NCBI GenBank assembly: GCA_052246995.1
Contig: JBQPWD010000004.1
Coordinates: forward strand, 115,945 to 179,944
Reading direction: 5' to 3'
DNA length: 64,000 nucleotides
From: Candidatus Bathyarchaeota archaeon
GTDB taxonomy: Archaea > Thermoproteota > Bathyarchaeia > Hecatellales > Hecatellaceae
The translations under genes and the position numbers were made by a program. Below are positions 36,954 through 45,331 of the stretch, one piece after another. The first letter of the stretch is position 1. Each line of letters starts with the position of its first letter. The notes beneath the pieces are model-generated. The model searched no databases, was not told the origin of the DNA, and worked only from the letters and a program-made list of their open reading frames with translations.

Positions 36954-38717
36954 TTAAACCATGGTAAACGTAAACAACATCATTAAAGTTAAAACCACTA
37001 TATACAACAAGTAGTGAGGTAGGAAGCCTGTATGGATTGCTCTAACAACCCTTAAAAAAGGATATGCTGCAAAGCTGAAGGGTGATGAAGAAACCTTTGC
37101 TTCCTCAACCTTTAGGTATGGTGGTGTAACCAATCCACCAGTAAACGGCAAAAACTTGTCAGATGTAGGAGGATATTTAAGAGGCTTTGCCGTTAGCTTG
37201 TAAATAGCAAAGATTACCACAACTCCAAAAAATAGTAGAAATGCCCCCCACGCAGCATACCAAGACCCAACATCCGTAACAAGGAAGAATAAACTTGCAA
37301 CCAACTGCACCTCGCCCCTAACAAGCATGGTTGTTGCTGGAACAATAAGATAAGAAAGCGGAAATCCTGGAACAACGCCAAAGAGAATGCATAGTGATGC
37401 TAGTATCACCATTGGAATGTACATAAGCGGAGAAACTTCTTTTACATTAGAGAGTTTTCCCGGTAGAGAAAGAAAGATGGAATGTATAACCTTCATGAAC
37501 GATATGAGCGTAAGTGCACTTACAAGCATCCCAACTCCTGCAAGTAAAGGTGCACCAGCCTGAATACATGCCTCATAGATTATCCACTTACTGCTAAACC
37601 CGCTAAACGGAGGAATTCCTGAGATTGAAAGTGAAGCAATTGTCATAGTTACGGCGGTTATAGGCATATGTCTAGCTAAACCACCTAACCTGTCCAGGTT
37701 TGTTTCACCAGTTGCATGTTCAACAGAGCCTGCACATAGATACAGTAATCCTTTATAGATTGCATGATTTAGCGAATGGAATAAACCTCCTATTATACCC
37801 AGCGGGGTTCCCAGCGAAACACCCATAACCATATACCCCATTTGGCTTATAATGTGATAGGAAAGGAGTCTCTTAACATCGCGTTGGAGAAGAGCCATGA
37901 AAACTCCAACAAGCATTGCACCTGCGCCAATCCAGGCCAAAAAATGGTTAACAGGGCTAAGTACACCATACGCATGGTAAACTATCCTAATTAGAGGAAT
38001 TAAGACAACATAAGGGCTTAGCTTAATGGTTGAAACCGCAAGCAACGCCCCCACTGGGGATGGTGCCTCGGAAAAAGCATCGGGAAGCCATGTATGTAGA
38101 AGTATTAATGGAACTTTAACCCCAAAGCCTATTACAATCAGCGCTAAGGCAGTTTTGAACAGCATTCCTTGAAGTTGCGTGTTGTACAGGCATGATAAAT
38201 ACAACGTTCCTGTTTGTAAATATAAAATGAGAATGCCGGCTAACGCGATAAAGCCCGCCAATGTACATTGAAAAATGTATTTTAACGCTGCCTCCAAAGA
38301 AGAGTTTCTTCTATAATATAGTATAAGAACTGCCGAGGAAATTGTTGTTAACTCGATAAAGATATAAAGCCATAAAAGATCCCATGAAACTGCAACACCA
38401 ACCATGCTGCCAGTAAACAGTAAGCTAAAACAATAATATTCACCAGCTTTTTCCTTTGTAAACTCTAGTGAATATATAAGTACCAAGAAACTCATAAACG
38501 CAGGAACCAGAGCTACAAACATTGTTAAATCATTAATGGAGAAAGAGAAGACTGAAGCTAACCTAACATTTCCACTAAAATTAGCAAGTATAAGTATAAA
38601 CGAGGTTAGCGAAACAAGTATAGAAAAAATTCCTGAGACTTTTCCACTTACCTTGCCTACATAATAAGCAACAGGTGCACCAACGAACAAAAGTGTCAAA
38701 GCAAGTAATAGTAACAT
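36954..38717 (-). CDS. NuoL/HycC/HyfB-like antiporter-type membrane subunit
   Basis: 587 aa, at least 14 TM. Has 'LHTWLPDAFSEAPSPVGALL' (the Mrp/NuoL motif). Confidence 0.8.
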   Translation of the reverse strand: MLLLLALTLLFVGAPVAYYVGKVSGKVSGIFSILVSLTSFILILANFSGNVRLASVFSFSINDLTMFVALVPAFMSFLVLIYSLEFTKEKAGEYYCFSLLFTGSMVGVAVSWDLLWLYIFIELTTISSAVLILYYRRNSSLEAALKYIFQCTLAGFIALAGILILYLQTGTLYLSCLYNTQLQGMLFKTALALIVIGFGVKVPLILLHTWLPDAFSEAPSPVGALLAVSTIKLSPYVVLIPLIRIVYHAYGVLSPVNHFLAWIGAGAMLVGVFMALLQRDVKRLLSYHIISQMGYMVMGVSLGTPLGIIGGLFHSLNHAIYKGLLYLCAGSVEHATGETNLDRLGGLARHMPITAVTMTIASLSISGIPPFSGFSSKWIIYEACIQAGAPLLAGVGMLVSALTLISFMKVIHSIFLSLPGKLSNVKEVSPLMYIPMVILASLCILFGVVPGFPLSYLIVPATTMLVRGEVQLVASLFFLVTDVGSWYAAWGAFLLFFGVVVIFAIYKLTAKPLKYPPTSDKFLPFTGGLVTPPYLKVEEAKVSSSPFSFAAYPFLRVVRAIHTGFLPHYLLYIVVLTLMMLFTFTMV

Positions 38718-39596
38718 TTATCCTTTCCCCTCCAGCTTGTTTAAAAGTCTTGTTGCACGAATCCTCCTAAAAATAGAGCCTAGGGATGTAGCTGAAAATC
38801 CTTGAGCTAAAGCTACAAGTTCAAGCAGGTTCATACATGGAATATCATAAACGTAGCCTTTTTCTCTAAGGAATAGTTGAGCCATTTCAAGGAAGTTGAG
38901 ACATGCAGGACATATAAGGGCTATACAGTCAGCCTCAACCTTTTTAACCTCGTCAAGCTTAACCTTAGCCCGTTCATTATAAGCGTAATCTAGGTTTAGA
39001 AAGCTTGTTGGGAAACCGCAACAGATCCTCTCACTTTCGTAAGGCAAAATCTGGCAGCCTATTACTTCGGCTATTTTTTTAAGCTTTTTCTGTAGGTTTA
39101 ACTCTTCATCAAACTTTCTAAGCTTACAACCAGGTTGAAGACAAACTTTAATGTTTGTTAAAGGCTTAACCACGGTATTTTCCAACCTTTTTAATCCTAC
39201 ATCGTCGTATAAAACTTCCAGTATGTTTTTAACATTAACTTTACCAATATATTCTAAACCATAATTTGAAAGTATTCGATTAACCTTTTCATTTACCTCC
39301 TTATCCTTCTCTAAAATTTTTTTAGCCTCAAACAAAGTTTCAAAACAACCGTTACAAACAGTAAAAACATCATAACCAAGCTTCTCAGCCAAAGCTAAGT
39401 TTCTAGCGGCCAAGGTAATCCACATCAACTCATCAACAACCCTTGGAATATCTGTTGGAGGACAGCAAGAAGCACCTTCAACATCATAAACTACAACACC
39501 AAGTTTTTCAAGAACTTTTCTGGTGGCAGATTCAACATAAGGTTGGAGCGATGGAATAAAACATCCAAGAAAAAATGAATATTCCAACCTTTTCAT
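38718..39596 (-). CDS. hdrB: heterodisulfide-reductase subunit B-like protein (two CCG domains)
   Basis: 292 aa. 'YSFFLGC...GASCCPP...VCNGCF' and 'QPGC...RICCGFP...ICPAC' give two C..CC..CxxC CCG motifs. Its stop codon abuts the start of the NuoL-like gene. Confidence 0.8.
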   Translation of the reverse strand: MKRLEYSFFLGCFIPSLQPYVESATRKVLEKLGVVVYDVEGASCCPPTDIPRVVDELMWITLAARNLALAEKLGYDVFTVCNGCFETLFEAKKILEKDKEVNEKVNRILSNYGLEYIGKVNVKNILEVLYDDVGLKRLENTVVKPLTNIKVCLQPGCKLRKFDEELNLQKKLKKIAEVIGCQILPYESERICCGFPTSFLNLDYAYNERAKVKLDEVKKVEADCIALICPACLNFLEMAQLFLREKGYVYDIPCMNLLELVALAQGFSATSLGSIFRRIRATRLLNKLEGKG

Positions 39597-39601
39597 CTTC
39601 G

Positions 39602-39892
39602 CTAATATCTTAACTTTCCTTTCTCCAAGTCAAAACCAATTTTTTCATCAAACATTAACTTTTTAGCAATATCCTGAATTTGCTTAGTTGCAAAAGTATG
39701 TTTGTATGCTGTTGGGGGGATATCAGGCAATCCAAGCTTAACCCGCCTACCTTTCCAAACCTCAAGGAATTCTTGAACATGCCCTGTTAAGAGGATATTA
39801 GATACAGGAAATCTGAATTGATGTGGAAGAAAACCCTTAATATCCTTTCTTAAAGGGTATAATCGCAAGTTTTCCTCTAAACTATTTCCCAT
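39602..39892 (-). CDS. cysteine-free 96-aa protein, possibly related to the C-terminal tail of HdrC
   Basis: First ORF of the operon, 5 nt upstream of hdrB. The pattern '..TGH..(20)..LGLPDIPPT..(25)..GFDLEKGKL' resembles, from memory, the Cys-free C-terminal extension of HdrC. There is no ferredoxin domain. Confidence 0.4.
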   Translation of the reverse strand: MGNSLEENLRLYPLRKDIKGFLPHQFRFPVSNILLTGHVQEFLEVWKGRRVKLGLPDIPPTAYKHTFATKQIQDIAKKLMFDEKIGFDLEKGKLRY

Positions 39893-39954
39893 GTTTTATC
39901 CTACACCACAAGAAGGCATAGAAGCATTTTCAAACTACTACTTTATCCTAAAAT

Positions 39955-39966
39955 TTTTATATAAAA
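39955..39966. promoter_or_regulatory. palindromic TATA-like element in the divergent intergenic region
   Basis: Perfect 12-nt palindrome TTTTATATAAAA, 63 nt upstream of the 96-aa ORF. A second CATATAAAAG follows. Confidence 0.3.
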
Positions 39967-40104
39967 TTTTTCATATAAAAGAAGTTGACATACAACATTC
40001 ACAAAACCAAAAACTGGTTAGGAGATAAAAGAACAAAATATTTTTTAGTCTTAACAATAGCAATATTATGTGATTGGCGGTTAAAAACGTGTGAGGGGAT
40101 ATAA

Positions 40105-40554
40105 ATGGTTGTTTTAGATGGCTATGAGTTTCCTGAAGACTTATACTATACACCTGAAGATGGTGTTGGAAATTCATGGGCAAGGATTGAAGCTGATGGA
40201 AGTGTAACAGTAGGGATTGATGATTTCTTCCAAAAGACAGCTAAAAGCATAAGGTACGTTGACCTTCCATTTGAGGGAGACAAAGTTGAGCAAGGTAAGG
40301 CTTTTGCAACTGTTGAGTCTGAAAAATGGGTTGGTCAAGTAACAGCCCCAGTTTCCGGTGAGGTTTTAGCTGTAAACAACAAGGTTCTTGAGAAGCCTAA
40401 ACTTGTAAATGAAGATCCCTACAGGGATGGTTGGCTTATAAAAGTTAAACCCGAAAAACTTAATGAAGAAATTAAAAACCTTGTTCATGGTGTAGACGGT
40501 ATTAAACAGCTTTACCGTAAAAGCGTGGAGAAGTATCTTAAAAAGAAGGGGTGA
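40105..40554 (+). CDS. gcvH: GcvH-like lipoyl-carrier protein
   Basis: 149 aa. 'ATVESEKWVGQVTAPVSGEVLAVNNKVLEKPKLVNEDPYRDGWLIKV' retains the lipoyl-Lys context ES-x-K...PVSGEV...DPY..GW. Confidence 0.8.
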   Translation: MVVLDGYEFPEDLYYTPEDGVGNSWARIEADGSVTVGIDDFFQKTAKSIRYVDLPFEGDKVEQGKAFATVESEKWVGQVTAPVSGEVLAVNNKVLEKPKLVNEDPYRDGWLIKVKPEKLNEEIKNLVHGVDGIKQLYRKSVEKYLKKKG

Positions 40555-40560
40555 GGTTTT

Positions 40561-41289
40561 TTGAGAATTCTTTTCTGGAGTGGCTGTCTTGCCAAAAGAA
40601 GAATGCCTGAGTCTGTTAATGCTGCATTAAAAATACTGGAAAAATTGGGATACGAGGTTGTAAAACTTGGTAATGAAGGGTGTTGTGGGGATCCGTTGAT
40701 GTTAGCAGGATACACGCAATATGCACTAGAAAATGCTAAAAAAGTTGCTGAAATGGTAAATGGTGCTAATGTTGACCTTATTGTTACAGGTTGTGCTGGA
40801 TGTTATAGAGGTTTTAACGAGTATGAGGATTACGGTGTAGAAATTCCTAAACCCAAACACATGGTTCACATTGTTGCTGAAAACCTTAATAAAATAAAGT
40901 TTAAGCAAACAGAAAAGGAAAAAATTGTATACCACGACCCTTGCGAGCTTGGACGTTGGAGTGGTGTTTACGAGGAGCCTAGAAAAGTTTTACGTAGTAT
41001 TGCTGATGTTGTTGAACCTTTGCTTTCAAAGGATGAGGCTCGTTGTTGTGGTGGAGGAGGAGGAATGCTTACAATAAAGGCTGATTTAAGTATTAGAGTT
41101 GGAGAGATAAGGATTGAAAGAGACATAGAGCCTACAGGTGTCAAAAAAATTGTTACAGCTTGTCCAGCCTGCTATTCAACTTTAAGTCTTGCTGCAGGTA
41201 AAAGATGGGTTGCAACTGGAAGAAAAAAAGATGAAAGAATAGAGGTTTTTGATTTTTCGCAGTATGTTCTCTCAAAAATGGAGGTGTAA
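40561..41289 (+). CDS. LutA/GlpC/HdrB-type CCG-domain Fe-S oxidoreductase
   Basis: 242 aa. 'WSGC...EGCCGDP...GCAGCY' and 'HDPC...ARCCGGGGG...ACPACY'. TTG start 6 nt after GGGGTGAGG. Confidence 0.75.
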   Translation: MRILFWSGCLAKRRMPESVNAALKILEKLGYEVVKLGNEGCCGDPLMLAGYTQYALENAKKVAEMVNGANVDLIVTGCAGCYRGFNEYEDYGVEIPKPKHMVHIVAENLNKIKFKQTEKEKIVYHDPCELGRWSGVYEEPRKVLRSIADVVEPLLSKDEARCCGGGGGMLTIKADLSIRVGEIRIERDIEPTGVKKIVTACPACYSTLSLAAGKRWVATGRKKDERIEVFDFSQYVLSKMEV

Positions 41290-41292
41290 AAA

Positions 41293-42570
41293 TTGAGTGT
41301 TAAAGTTAATTTTGATAAATATTTTGACGATCTTACCCAAAAATCTTATGAGGCTTTCTTGCAGAGAGCCATTGTCCGTGCAAGAACAGCATACTGGGAT
41401 AGACGTCGTGTGAACTTTCCAAAGCTTAAGTATGTTGAAAAATGGTGTGAGGAGCTTAAAGGTATTAGAAGGGTTGCTCTTGACAAGTTTCTAGACTATG
41501 TAAAGATGGCTAGAGACTGGATGGAGTCAAGAGATATTAGAACTCATTGGGCTAAAGATGCGGCTGAAGCAAACAAGATAATTTATGAATTGTTTAGTAG
41601 CTGGAGGGCTAAAAAGGTTTTTAAGGTTAAAAGCATTGCAAGCGAAGAAATTGGAATGAATGAGTATTTAGAGGAACGGGGAATTAAAGCTTGGGAAACT
41701 GATGTTGGTGCTGTTATTCTCCAGTTAATGCATGGAAAAGCTATGCATCCAACAGGTGTTTCTATTGCTGTTGCTAGGGAGGTTGCAAAAGAATATCTTT
41801 CCAAGTTTCTTGGGAAAGACCTGCCAGCGGATCCGGCAGCTTTAACTAAAGCCACTTGTGATTGGGTTAAAAAAGCAGTTCCTGAGGCAGACGCGGTGTT
41901 TTCCGGTGCTAATGCTATTGTTGCTGAAACAGGTGAAATCTGGGTTCTGGAAAATGAAGCTAATGGCAGGCTTGTACTTGCCCAACCAAAGCCCTATGTT
42001 TGTTTAGCTGGAATTGAAAAGGTTTATCCGACGAGATATGCTGCTTTGCTTTACGCATCAATTATGCCTGTCTATGTAACTGGTGCCGCAGCCATAGACA
42101 ATATAACCATTATTGGCGGTAAAAGTGCATCAAACGATATTGAAAGAGTTAGAGTTTCACCAGCAACTGGACATGAAGAAATACATGTTGTCTTCCTTGA
42201 TAATGGAAGAACAGCAATGCTTAAAGATCCAGACTTCCAGGTAATGCTTACATGTTTAAAATGTGGTGCATGCTTAATGGATTGTCCAATGTGGAATACT
42301 GTTGCAGGATACTTTGGTGAACATGTATACATGGGGGCTTTTGGGATTGTATGGACAGCATTTACCAGAAGCTTAGAGGATGCAGCACCTCAAGCATATA
42401 CATGTGTACTTTGTGGTAGATGTAAGGATATGTGCCCAATGGGTATAGACCTTCCGAGGTTAATTAAAAGGTTACGTCAAAAACTTGTTGAAAAAGGGAT
42501 AGTTCCGCAACAGCTTCAGGTAATGTCTGAAAACATATTGAAGTATGGTTCACCTTACGGCTTAACATAA
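41293..42570 (+). CDS. LutB-like LUD-domain protein with C-terminal 2x[4Fe-4S] (HdrC-type) domain
   Basis: 425 aa, colinear by eye with B. subtilis LutB. Has 'ETDVGAVILQL', 'NAIVAETGEIWVLENEANGRL', 'VVFLDNGR', 'CLKCGACLMDCP' and 'CVLCGRCKDMCP'. TTG start after GGAGGTG. Confidence 0.8.
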   Translation: MSVKVNFDKYFDDLTQKSYEAFLQRAIVRARTAYWDRRRVNFPKLKYVEKWCEELKGIRRVALDKFLDYVKMARDWMESRDIRTHWAKDAAEANKIIYELFSSWRAKKVFKVKSIASEEIGMNEYLEERGIKAWETDVGAVILQLMHGKAMHPTGVSIAVAREVAKEYLSKFLGKDLPADPAALTKATCDWVKKAVPEADAVFSGANAIVAETGEIWVLENEANGRLVLAQPKPYVCLAGIEKVYPTRYAALLYASIMPVYVTGAAAIDNITIIGGKSASNDIERVRVSPATGHEEIHVVFLDNGRTAMLKDPDFQVMLTCLKCGACLMDCPMWNTVAGYFGEHVYMGAFGIVWTAFTRSLEDAAPQAYTCVLCGRCKDMCPMGIDLPRLIKRLRQKLVEKGIVPQQLQVMSENILKYGSPYGLT

Positions 42571-42665
42571 AGCTTCCAATTTTCCAACTTTCTTTTTTCT
42601 AATAAGAAATTTTCTTTATTGTTATCATTATTTTTTGTTTAAAGCCAATTGGAAGGTTAAATTTA

Positions 42666-43922
42666 TCAGATGCTTAGCTTTGCTATGGAAAACTCATCTT
42701 TAAACATTTCCTCTATTCTTATTAACTCATTCAACTTTGCTGTTCTTTCTCCGCCTACAACTCCAGTCTTAATTATTGGACAGCTAAAAGCTATTGAAAG
42801 GTGGGCTAAGTGCGTGTCAACGGTTTCACCAGACCTGTGAGATAAAACTGGAATATAGCCTGCAGATTTTGCAAGCTTTACTGTTTCCAACGTATCGGTT
42901 AATGTTCCAACCTGGTTAGGTTTAATTATCAAGGAGTTTGCAGCTTTAAAGTTTACACCAATTTTAAGCCTATCTTTGTTTGTAACAAAAATGTCGTCTC
43001 CACATATTAAACAATTTTTTGCCTTTCTTGTAAGTTCAGCAAAACCTTCAAAATCATCCTCATGAAGAGGATCTTCAACATATACTAGATTAAATCTATC
43101 AATAAGCTCCAAAACATACTCTATCTGTTCATCCTTACTTCTACGCTTACCCTCGCCAACATAGTTGTAACATTTAAGCTTAGAATCCCATAATGATGAA
43201 GATGCAACATCTAAGCCAACTCTAACTTCAACACCAGTTTCACTTCCAACCTCTCTAGTAGCTTCAAAAACAACTTCAAGAGCCTTCTCATTTTTTAGTG
43301 GAGGAGCCCATGCACCCTCATCACCCCTGCCACCAGTAAATACTGGGACATTTTTTTCTAAAAACTCACCAATTTTTCTATAAACCTTAATGTTTGCGTG
43401 GTAAGCCTCAAAAAAAGTTTTGGCACCAACAGGCAAAACAAGAAATTCCTGAATGTCAGGCGCACCCTTTCCAGCGTGTTTACCGCCACCTACCACGTTT
43501 CCAAGCGGAAGAGGAAGAAATGTTTCTTTAAAGCATTTAAGCGAAGAAAATAAAGGTTGCTTTAAGGTTGAAGACGCGGCTTCAGCTACAGCTAAAGAAA
43601 CAGCATATGCTGTGTTTCCACCTATAAAGCTAAAATTGCTTGTACCATCAACCTCATGTAGAGTTTTATCTACAAGTTCTTGGTTGTTCGCATCCAATCC
43701 AACAATTTTAGGTTTTATGATGCTGTAAACTCTTTCAACAGCCTTTTTCACGCTGTCCTCAGGAAAGGCTACAACTTCGTGTATTCCCTTACTTTTTCCA
43801 GCTGGAGCAGCTGCCCTACCAAAACCACCTAAAGTTTTAACCTCAACTTCTATTGTTTCTTCACCACGACTGTTAAAAATCCTTCTAGCTCTAATGTCGT
43901 TTATAATTGTCTGAGAATTCAA
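42666..43922 (-). CDS. eno: enolase
   Basis: 418 aa. Has 'ARRIFNSRGEETIEVEV', 'SHRSGET' and 'IKTG'. Confidence 0.9.
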   Translation of the reverse strand: MNSQTIINDIRARRIFNSRGEETIEVEVKTLGGFGRAAAPAGKSKGIHEVVAFPEDSVKKAVERVYSIIKPKIVGLDANNQELVDKTLHEVDGTSNFSFIGGNTAYAVSLAVAEAASSTLKQPLFSSLKCFKETFLPLPLGNVVGGGKHAGKGAPDIQEFLVLPVGAKTFFEAYHANIKVYRKIGEFLEKNVPVFTGGRGDEGAWAPPLKNEKALEVVFEATREVGSETGVEVRVGLDVASSSLWDSKLKCYNYVGEGKRRSKDEQIEYVLELIDRFNLVYVEDPLHEDDFEGFAELTRKAKNCLICGDDIFVTNKDRLKIGVNFKAANSLIIKPNQVGTLTDTLETVKLAKSAGYIPVLSHRSGETVDTHLAHLSIAFSCPIIKTGVVGGERTAKLNELIRIEEMFKDEFSIAKLSI

Positions 43923-43985
43923 AACTGCCCACCTACATGTACTAAGTAAATGATAAAAAATAAGATTTAAGGTAAACGACTATTT

Positions 43986-44204
43986 TTAAACTTCACCAGT
44001 TTTACGTATACCACTTGAAAACTTTAAAACTTCATCAATAATTTCAACGTGGGATATAAGCATCCTACGACAACAGTATCTTTTAACTCCAAGTTCATCT
44101 AAAACTTTTGCTGGGTCCTCTCCAGCCTTAACACGGCTGTTAAATTCTTCCCACTTATCCCCAACTACAGCACCACAACTAAAACATCTAATAGGGATGA
44201 TCAA
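43986..44204 (-). CDS. rpoN: DNA-directed RNA polymerase subunit N (Rpo10)
   Basis: 72 aa. '[10 protein letters not shown]...RYCCRRM'. TTG start. Confidence 0.9.
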   Translation of the reverse strand: MIIPIRCFSCGAVVGDKWEEFNSRVKAGEDPAKVLDELGVKRYCCRRMLISHVEIIDEVLKFSSGIRKTGEV

Positions 44205-44458
44205 GATAACCCATTCCTATTTTTAGGTAAGAGTTGAGGAGAGATATAAACTTAAGGTTTAACCTCAAATTCACGCCAACTTCTTAACAAGTTATATCAA
44301 ATAGCTCATTAGCTAATTAAAATACAACAATCAAAGAGTATTCGCTTGTAACCCTAAAAGCTAGACAGGATATAAGGCTAAATTTGATAACCAGGTTGTA
44401 AAGAAACGAAAAAATTATTCTCCTAGATGGTGAAATTTACAAAGAAAATTGATAAAAA

Positions 44459-44869
44459 CTACCTATAAGATTTTTGTCTTCTTCTTCTTGCACCAGGTCC
44501 GCCAAACTTTTTCATTTCTCTTCTTCGCGGGTCTCCTGTGACCATCGACCTGTCATAACTTGTAAACAACTTTTTAAGCCTAGAACTTCTAAACCATTCA
44601 ACAAGCCCCTTGGCAATACTCATTCTGACAGCTTCAGCTTGACCCATAAAACCTCCACCTTTAACTTTTACGTCAATATCAACCTGCTTCCACAGGTCTC
44701 CACTAAGCAGTAAAGGTTCCATAATTTTCCATCTTACAATTTCAGGTGTGCAGACCTCTAGCGGTATCCTGTTTATCGTTATCCTTCCACTTCCAGGCTT
44801 AACTACAGCTTTAGCTATTGCTGTCTTTCTTTTACCAACTGTAACTATTGGAAGCTTTCTAGTGGACAT
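44459..44869 (-). CDS. rps9: ribosomal protein uS9
   Basis: 136 aa. 'GKRKTAIA', '[10 protein letters not shown]', and a C-terminal 'RRRQKSYR'. Confidence 0.9.
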   Translation of the reverse strand: MSTRKLPIVTVGKRKTAIAKAVVKPGSGRITINRIPLEVCTPEIVRWKIMEPLLLSGDLWKQVDIDVKVKGGGFMGQAEAVRMSIAKGLVEWFRSSRLKKLFTSYDRSMVTGDPRRREMKKFGGPGARRRRQKSYR

Positions 44870-44878
44870 TTTTTACAC

Positions 44879-45331
44879 CTAAACTTCTTTCCAGCCTATC
44901 TCCTTTGCAATTAATCCTAAGTGTACATACTTACCTTTAAGCTTTGAGATTGAAACTTCAGGTATTGTTTCAATTTTTCTACCAGAAACTTCAGGCGGGA
45001 TGTTGATATAAACTTTTAAACGTTTAAATGCTTCACGTCCTTTAGCTTTATCCATAGGAAGCATTCCACGTACAACTCTTCTAAGTATGCCATCAGGTCT
45101 ACGTGGATGAATAGGTCCATATTTTGGGTTAACAACACTACCAATTTCAAGGAACTTTTTAAACTCCCTAACTATGCTTCTTTTTTCACCTGAAATTACA
45201 GCTTTTTCAGCATTCACTATGGCTATTTTTTCACCATTTAAAAGCCTTTTGGCAACTATACTTGCAAGTCTACCCATAATTAAGCCTGAGGCGTCTATTA
45301 TTGTTGCATCATGAGGGATTTTTGAAACCGT
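44879..45331 (-). CDS. rpl13: ribosomal protein uL13 (5' end uncertain, see finding)
   Basis: 'GRLASIVAKRLLNGEKIAIVNAEKAVISG'. The first ATG is at 45277, but the conserved 'IIDASGLI' is encoded in frame upstream. I extend the gene to the ACG codon 7 nt after GAGGTGAGG. Confidence 0.8.
   Translation of the reverse strand, partial: TVSKIPHDATIIDASGLIMGRLASIVAKRLLNGEKIAIVNAEKAVISGEKRSIVREFKKFLEIGSVVNPKYGPIHPRRPDGILRRVVRGMLPMDKAKGREAFKRLKVYINIPPEVSGRKIETIPEVSISKLKGKYVHLGLIAKEIGWKEV

Noticed and set aside
39971-40183. 70-aa minus-strand ORF in the divergent intergenic region.
   Set aside because: It overlaps the 5' end of gcvH, has a hydrophobic low-complexity translation, and lies in promoter DNA.
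42573-42655. A 9-bp inverted repeat, CTTCCAATT...AATTGGAAG, between convergent lutB-like and eno.
   Set aside because: The arms are about 65 nt apart, too far for a convincing terminator hairpin. The T-runs between them are sufficient archaeal termination signals.
44205-44458. Possible C/D-box sRNA or missed rpoK in the uS9-rpoN gap.
   Set aside because: I read the minus strand by hand. There is no RUGAUGA...CUGA pairing of boxes and no ORF of useful length. There is only a short AGGTTTAACCT palindrome and a TATA-like box.
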